Below are positions 59,041-64,000 of a DNA stretch of 64,000 nucleotides, in pieces. The stretch comes from an uncultured Gemmatimonadales bacterium (GTDB taxonomy: Bacteria; Gemmatimonadota; Gemmatimonadetes; Longimicrobiales; RSA9), in contig CAWCRS010000005.1 of the NCBI GenBank assembly GCA_963798085.1, positions 576,001 to 640,000 of the forward strand, written 5' to 3'. Below the pieces are notes generated by a model. That model made no database searches, was not told where the DNA came from, and worked only from the letters and a program-made list of their open reading frames with translations. Position 1 is the stretch's first letter. Each line of letters opens with the position of its first letter. Made by a program: the position numbers and the translations under genes.

Positions 59041-60347
59041 CAGCGACTCCCCGGCGGACGCACGATCACGATCACACGCGCGCGCCGGTCCAGGCCCTCG
59101 AGCCCGAGCGCTTCCGTCGAAGGATTGCGCAATTCCGGGTCCGGTATCATCGGGTCCACCTCGACGAACCGCAGCCGGCGCCGCATCCAGCCCGGCAGCT
59201 CCCAGCCCAGCTCCATGTCCGCGAGCTGCGCCAGCGACGACGCCGAACGCTGCGACGCCCGCTGCTTCGCCTCGGCCCGCTCGAGCGCGAGCCGCGCCAA
59301 CGCGAAGTTCGCGTCCAGCGTGAGCGCGGCCCGGAAACGCGCCGCAGCCTGCCCCCAGCGGTCCGCGTCATCATCCTCGAGACCGAGGCCGAACGCCAGC
59401 AGCGCCTGCACGTTGTCGGTGGGATGCTGCAGCACCCGCTCCCGCTCCGCCACGGTAAGTTGCACGCCGAGCGCACTGTACACACCCAGCGCCACCTGCT
59501 TCTCCAGATCGAACAGCCGGCTCAGCTGACCCTGCTGCTCGAGCGGCGCACCGCTCGTGTCGCGACCCGCGAGCACGCTGATAACACGCGCGTTGACGGA
59601 GAGCGCACTGGCGGAACCCTGGAGCTGACCCTGCACGATGCGCCCGGCGCCGACCATGTGGCCGGCGCGCGCACCGGTGGCCGGATCGACGGCGCCCGTC
59701 GCGGCCAGTCGCAGCTCGTCAAGCAGATACTGCACACGCGCTCGCTCCACAATGGTGATGCGATCGGTGAGCGCGAGATCCGTGGAAAGCAGCTCCGCGA
59801 AGGCACGGCCCAGCGGCGCGAGGGACGAATCCGCCCCCGCATAGAGGAAGGGAAACACACCGAGCGCGCGCGCGTCGGGCACGCTGGCCTGCAGCGCCGC
59901 CTCCTGCGCAATCGCGTCGTGCACGGCCTGCTCCAGCTCACGACGCTCGAGCAGCACAATCCGATCGCGTGCCGCACGTTCGAGATCGGGCGGACCGCCA
60001 CTGCCCAGAAAATCCTGATACGCCTGCCTCGCCTCCGTGAGACGACCACTCTCCTCGCAGGAAAGCCCGAGCAGGAACAGGGCGGCCGGGTCCCGCGAGC
60101 CGCCCGCCGTGACCTGCTGCAGCAGCGGGACCGCGGCGGCGGGGCGACCACTGGCGCGATAGGCGGCCGCGAGTCGTATGCGCCGATCCGTGTTCGCGCC
60201 GCGCCCCAGATCCGCCTCCAGCGCGGCGACGCGCTGCGGCGAGGGCGGGCGTCCGGGCACCACGCCAGCACTACACGCGCAAAACAGGATCAACAGGGGG
60301 ACCGGCCAGGCACTGCGTCGAGGAGCGACGTATCGAGAGAGCGTCAT
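59040..60347 (-). CDS. TPR plus CsgG/TolB-N-like lipoprotein
   Basis: LFCAC lipobox; TPRs; LGVFPF...AELLSTDL...IVER...LLDEL...VDPATGARAGHMVGAGRIVQG. Confidence 0.8.
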   Translation of the reverse strand: MTLSRYVAPRRSAWPVPLLILFCACSAGVVPGRPPSPQRVAALEADLGRGANTDRRIRLAAAYRASGRPAAAVPLLQQVTAGGSRDPAALFLLGLSCEESGRLTEARQAYQDFLGSGGPPDLERAARDRIVLLERRELEQAVHDAIAQEAALQASVPDARALGVFPFLYAGADSSLAPLGRAFAELLSTDLALTDRITIVERARVQYLLDELRLAATGAVDPATGARAGHMVGAGRIVQGQLQGSASALSVNARVISVLAGRDTSGAPLEQQGQLSRLFDLEKQVALGVYSALGVQLTVAERERVLQHPTDNVQALLAFGLGLEDDDADRWGQAAARFRAALTLDANFALARLALERAEAKQRASQRSASSLAQLADMELGWELPGWMRRRLRFVEVDPMIPDPELRNPSTEALGLEGLDRRARVIVIVRPPGSR

Positions 60348-60467
60348 CACGTTGTGGTTGGAGCCGTTGCGGCCCGCGATCACCGCGTCCTACGGGGACC
60401 GCGCAACCTAGAGGGTCCGGGTGCTCGCCACAAGGCTCTTGACCGGCGTTCGAGGCAAGCCAAATTG

Positions 60468-60483
60468 GTAACCATATGGTTAC
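60468..60483. promoter_or_regulatory. Operator palindrome over the ArsR start codon
   Basis: Perfect 16-bp GTAACCATATGGTTAC; TTGACC at 60439-60444 upstream. Confidence 0.75.
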
Positions 60484-60868
60484 TGATAAGGCATTCCGCG
60501 CACTCGCCGACCCGACACGACGCGCGCTGCTCGACCGGTTGCAGGCGGGCGGGCAGCCGGTGCACGAGCTGGCGCGGCACTTCCCCGTGAGCCGGCCGGC
60601 GATCTCGAAGCATCTGCGCCTGCTGCGCGAGGCCGGCCTGGTGGTGGAGCGGCCGGCCGGGCGGGAGGTTTTCTACGAGCTGAATGCGGAGCAGCTCAAG
60701 GATGTCGATGACTGGCTGGCCTCGTACCGCCGCTTCTGGCAGACGCGGCTGGTGCGGCTGAAGGAGCATGTGGAGCGGAAGCAGATCCAGCGTGGTGTCA
60801 CGGAAGACGGCGGACGGCGAACCGCGGGGCGCGCGAAGCGCACCGCCCGGACAGGAGGCGAGGCATGA
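60476..60868 (+). CDS. ArsR/SmtB-family regulator
   Basis: FRALADPTRRALL, SRPAISKHLRLLREAGLV. Confidence 0.93.
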   Translation: MVTDKAFRALADPTRRALLDRLQAGGQPVHELARHFPVSRPAISKHLRLLREAGLVVERPAGREVFYELNAEQLKDVDDWLASYRRFWQTRLVRLKEHVERKQIQRGVTEDGGRRTAGRAKRTARTGGEA

Positions 60869-61347
60869 CGGAGCGAGCGGGTGCGGCAGTGCGCAACGTG
60901 GTGGTGGAGATCGACATCGAAGCGCCGGCGGCGGAGGTGTTCGAGGCTCTGGTCGATCCCGACGCGGTGGTGCAGTGGTGGGCGGATGACGGCAATGGCT
61001 ATCGCTGCACGCGTTTCCGCTCGGAGCGGCGCGCGGGCGGTTCCTGGTGGAGCGAGCATCGCGGCGCGGGCGATGCGCCCGTGTGCATCCTGGCCGGCGA
61101 ATACATGGCGTACGAGCCGCCAAGCCGGCTGGCGTTCACGTGGCGCTTCGAGCGCTACACGGCGGCCTTCGAGGCGCTGCCGGAGAGCACGGTGACGATC
61201 CTGCTGCAGGCACGCGGTGATGCGACGCACGTGCAGCTGACGCACGCGGGTCTGACGGATGCGAAGCAGGCAGCCGATCACGAGGCTGGCTGGCATGCGG
61301 CGCTGCGCGGGCTCGAGCGTCACGTGATGCACGCGCGACCGGTCTGA
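60865..61347 (+). CDS. SRPBCC/AHSA1 domain protein
   Basis: IEAPAAEVFEAL, YEPPSRLAFTW, HEAGW; ATGA overlap. Confidence 0.92.
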   Translation: MTERAGAAVRNVVVEIDIEAPAAEVFEALVDPDAVVQWWADDGNGYRCTRFRSERRAGGSWWSEHRGAGDAPVCILAGEYMAYEPPSRLAFTWRFERYTAAFEALPESTVTILLQARGDATHVQLTHAGLTDAKQAADHEAGWHAALRGLERHVMHARPV

Positions 61348-61395
61348 CACGGATTACAGATTGCAGGCGACGACGCGGCTCGCGGTCTGCGTCGT

Positions 61396-63399
61396 TCAGC
61401 GTGTCTTTCCGTTGGCGCCGGGCGCGGCGGCGTCGGGATTGAAGCCGGCGGCACGCCAGAGCGCTGCACATTCGTACATGCGGCCGTTGGCGATGACCCA
61501 GTGGCCGCGGCGGATGTTGTGGATGTCGGCGAGTGGGTCGGCGTCGAGGATGAGCAGATCGGCGCGTTTCCCGGCCTCGAGAGTGCCCACATCCTGCTGC
61601 AGGCGCATCGCGGTAGCGGGCACGCTGGAGGCGGCCTGCAGTGCCTCGCGGGGCGTGAAGCCGCCCTCGACGTACAGCTCGATTTCGCGCAGCAGGCTCA
61701 TGCCGGGCACACCGTCATCGGTGCCGGCGACGATGGGCACGCCGGCGTCGTGCAGGGCTTTCACGATGGCCAGTCCGTTGCGAACACGGGCGTTAGCAGA
61801 AGCGGAATCCGTGTTGTTGTGCACGCTGCTGTAGCCGGCGACGATGGCCCAGGGCGCGCCCGTGATGCCGGGCTGGAAGCTGGCGATGGGCGTTTCGGGC
61901 GCGTGGCCCAGCAGTTCATTCCACGACTGCGTGGGATCGATGACGGTGTGGTGCTGCGCCAGGAAGGCAATGGCGCGCTGCGCTTCGGGTGAGCCGGCCT
62001 GCCCGCGCACGGGCTGGTGCGCGACATGGTCCATGCCGGAATCCACGGCGGCCTCGAGCGTGAGCGCGCGCGGGATGTGACCGGTGACGGTCATGCCCAG
62101 CTCGTGGGCCCGGCGGATGATGGCGCCGACGACGTCGGGCTCGAGCAGCGTGTAGAGCTTCATCTGCTGGAAGCCGGCCTGGTGATAACGCTCGACTACG
62201 GCGCGTCCTTCTTCGGGCGTGGCGGCGGTGACGTCGCCGAAGGCGCCGGGTCCGGGACCATCGACGAGGCCGGCCAGCAGCATGCGCGGACCGGGGCCGC
62301 GTCCCTCCTGCAGTGCGTCGCGGAAGGCGGTGAGGAAAGGCAGCTCGCCGCCCATGTCACGCATGGTGGTGACGCCCGCGGCCAGATAGGCGGGCCCCCA
62401 TTCGATCTGGCCGGCGTGCGTGTGCATGTCCCAGAGGCCCGGCACAATGGTGCGGCCGTGCACGTCAATGACACGCACGCCCGCGGGCACGGCGACGCGG
62501 CCGGCCGGCCCGATCGCGGCTATGCGGCCGTCGCGGATGATAACCGTGGCGTTAGCAAGAGGCGGGCGGTCGGTGCCATCGAGCACGCGCCCGCCGACCA
62601 GCGCGAAGCTGCCCTGCGCAACAGGCGGCACATCACGACCGAGCTGGGCGAAATCGCGCATGCGATCGCGAATCGCGCTGGCCTGCAGCGCGGGCAGCAG
62701 CGGGGCCAGCTCCTCGCGAATCCCTTCGAAGGGCAACAGGCTGGCGCGCGTCAGCAGCGCGGCGAGTCGTCCATTCTGATCCAGCCAGAGCGCTTCCCTG
62801 CCCCATGCTACGCCGGCAACGGAGTAACGGCGCAGTTGCAGCACGCGACGATCCAGGCGCAGCGTATCTTCGCCCCGGTACTCGATCATCACATCGTTGA
62901 TGGGTTGTGCCGGGATGGTGGCGAGGTGACGTGGGCGCCCGTGCATCTCCCAGTAGCGCACCAGCAGTGCCTGGGCCGCGAAGGGCATGGGGCCGGGCAG
63001 AGCGAAAAAGGTCGCCGGCAGGCGCACCTGCATGGAGTCGCCGAGACTCTGCACGGACGCGCTGCCGCCGTTCACGGAGATGTCGGACGCGATGTTGATG
63101 AAGCGATAGGTCTTGCCGTGCGCGTGCATCGCTCGCGGTGTGAGATCAGGGGCGAGGCGCAGCGTCGACGCGAGGCGCACATCGCCCCCGCGGTCGAGGA
63201 AGTGGAAGTCATCGGTGAGCACGAGCGTGTCACCGGCGTGCTGCAGCGTGTAGTGCTCCTGGCCGATGGCGTGTGCGAGGTAGTGCAGCCGGATGGTGCC
63301 GCTGTCGGTCGCGACCGCGGCCTGCGCGCGGACGGCGTGCGCGCGAATCCCGCCGATGATGCATGCCGCGAGCAGCGCGCGGGCGGCGCGTGCGTGCAA
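61396..63399 (-). CDS. Secreted amidohydrolase with an N-terminal beta domain
   Basis: GGAGG before TTG 63399; IVPGLWDMHTH, GVTTMRDMG, KLY, VTGH, AGTD, GTLEAGKRADL. Confidence 0.9.
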   Translation of the reverse strand: MHARAARALLAACIIGGIRAHAVRAQAAVATDSGTIRLHYLAHAIGQEHYTLQHAGDTLVLTDDFHFLDRGGDVRLASTLRLAPDLTPRAMHAHGKTYRFINIASDISVNGGSASVQSLGDSMQVRLPATFFALPGPMPFAAQALLVRYWEMHGRPRHLATIPAQPINDVMIEYRGEDTLRLDRRVLQLRRYSVAGVAWGREALWLDQNGRLAALLTRASLLPFEGIREELAPLLPALQASAIRDRMRDFAQLGRDVPPVAQGSFALVGGRVLDGTDRPPLANATVIIRDGRIAAIGPAGRVAVPAGVRVIDVHGRTIVPGLWDMHTHAGQIEWGPAYLAAGVTTMRDMGGELPFLTAFRDALQEGRGPGPRMLLAGLVDGPGPGAFGDVTAATPEEGRAVVERYHQAGFQQMKLYTLLEPDVVGAIIRRAHELGMTVTGHIPRALTLEAAVDSGMDHVAHQPVRGQAGSPEAQRAIAFLAQHHTVIDPTQSWNELLGHAPETPIASFQPGITGAPWAIVAGYSSVHNNTDSASANARVRNGLAIVKALHDAGVPIVAGTDDGVPGMSLLREIELYVEGGFTPREALQAASSVPATAMRLQQDVGTLEAGKRADLLILDADPLADIHNIRRGHWVIANGRMYECAALWRAAGFNPDAAAPGANGKTR

Positions 63400-64000
63400 A
63401 TCTGCCTCCAGTGTGCGAGTCCGGGAATAATGCGTGTGAAGCGGCGGGCGGGGAAAGACATGGTGAAGTCGCGCCCGGTCACGACGAGAGAGTCGCTCAT
63501 CCCCGGGGGCCGGCAACCATGCCTGGTCGCGGGTAGTGTCGGTGGCTGGGCGGGCCGAGGTCGCGGAGGGCTCCGGAGAGTGGTGTTGCGGCCGTGCGAT
63601 GGGGCGTGCGCTTGCATCGCAATATCGTTCTAGCGGCATCGTGTGACTGGCTGTCAGGCTTCGGGGCGCAACGTGCGATGCGGGACCAGAGGCAGGTGGC
63701 GCATCACACTCCGCAGTTGCGCGGCGCGGAGGTGCGCGGCGCGCTGCTGCGTGGCCGCGTTGCTGCGTGGCCGCGATCGCGAGTGAGGGCCAGCGGTTGT
63801 GTGAGCGGAAACGGGAACAGGGGGATGGATGGAACGGCAGAACCGAGTGATGACGCGGGTGTTGGCTGGAGTTGCCGGGTGCTGGCGGCGTAGAGCTGCA
63901 CTCTGGGTAGTAGCATCGGTGCTTGCGGGGTGCGGGAGGGGGTCCGGGGCGGAGCCGGTGCTGGGGATGTTCCGTGGTGGGCCGGAGCACACGGGGACGT

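Noticed and set aside
6102..59529. Long antisense or alternate-frame ORFs (e.g. 6102-7580 +, 22342-24051 +, 36176-38062 +, 44023-46560 -, 57940-59529 +)
   Set aside because: Shadow ORFs expected at high GC; Arg/Ala/Pro-rich, motif-less and overlapping well-supported genes
63400..64000. 200-aa N-terminal extension of the amidohydrolase, or an RNA gene
   Set aside because: Low-complexity Pro/Arg/His translation; a good RBS, TTG and signal peptide occur at 63399; no recognisable RNA motif
1..64000. CRISPR arrays, tRNA/rRNA, transposases, prophage or defence genes
   Set aside because: No regularly spaced repeats or diagnostic motifs seen by eye

Overview
GC-rich bacterial window of about 50 genes. 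The gene content (ADOP orphan permeases with PadR, ECF43 sigma/Ser-Thr kinase pair, CsgG-TPR lipoprotein cluster) points to Gemmatimonadota or a related soil lineage; this is inference. I saw no rRNA, tRNA, CRISPR array or transposase. The top candidate for an undescribed system is a tightly coupled minus-strand run at 18765-30636. It encodes an NTT/TLC (ATP/ADP translocase-like) transporter fused to HEAT repeats and a cNMP-binding domain, two-component genes, a signal-peptide-bearing PI3K/PI4K/Fam20-fold kinase and a signal-peptide-bearing Shewanella-like PPP phosphatase. This suggests a possible extracytoplasmic phosphorylation circuit with its own ATP supply, downstream of a rhodanese/YeeE sulfur module. 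Other highlights: an identical TGGAACC-N15-GCATTA promoter-like motif before the ECF/zinc anti-sigma operon and before msrA; a Tat-exported orphan LanC-like enzyme with a CCG zinc motif; two ArsR-SRPBCC modules sharing a palindrome centred on their start codons; a 281-bp fold-back element with 15-bp terminal inverted repeats; and a CsgG/barrel/Ig-lipoprotein surface operon. Several genes carry single-base frameshifts that may be long-read assembly errors. All family calls come from motif recognition by eye, not database searches.
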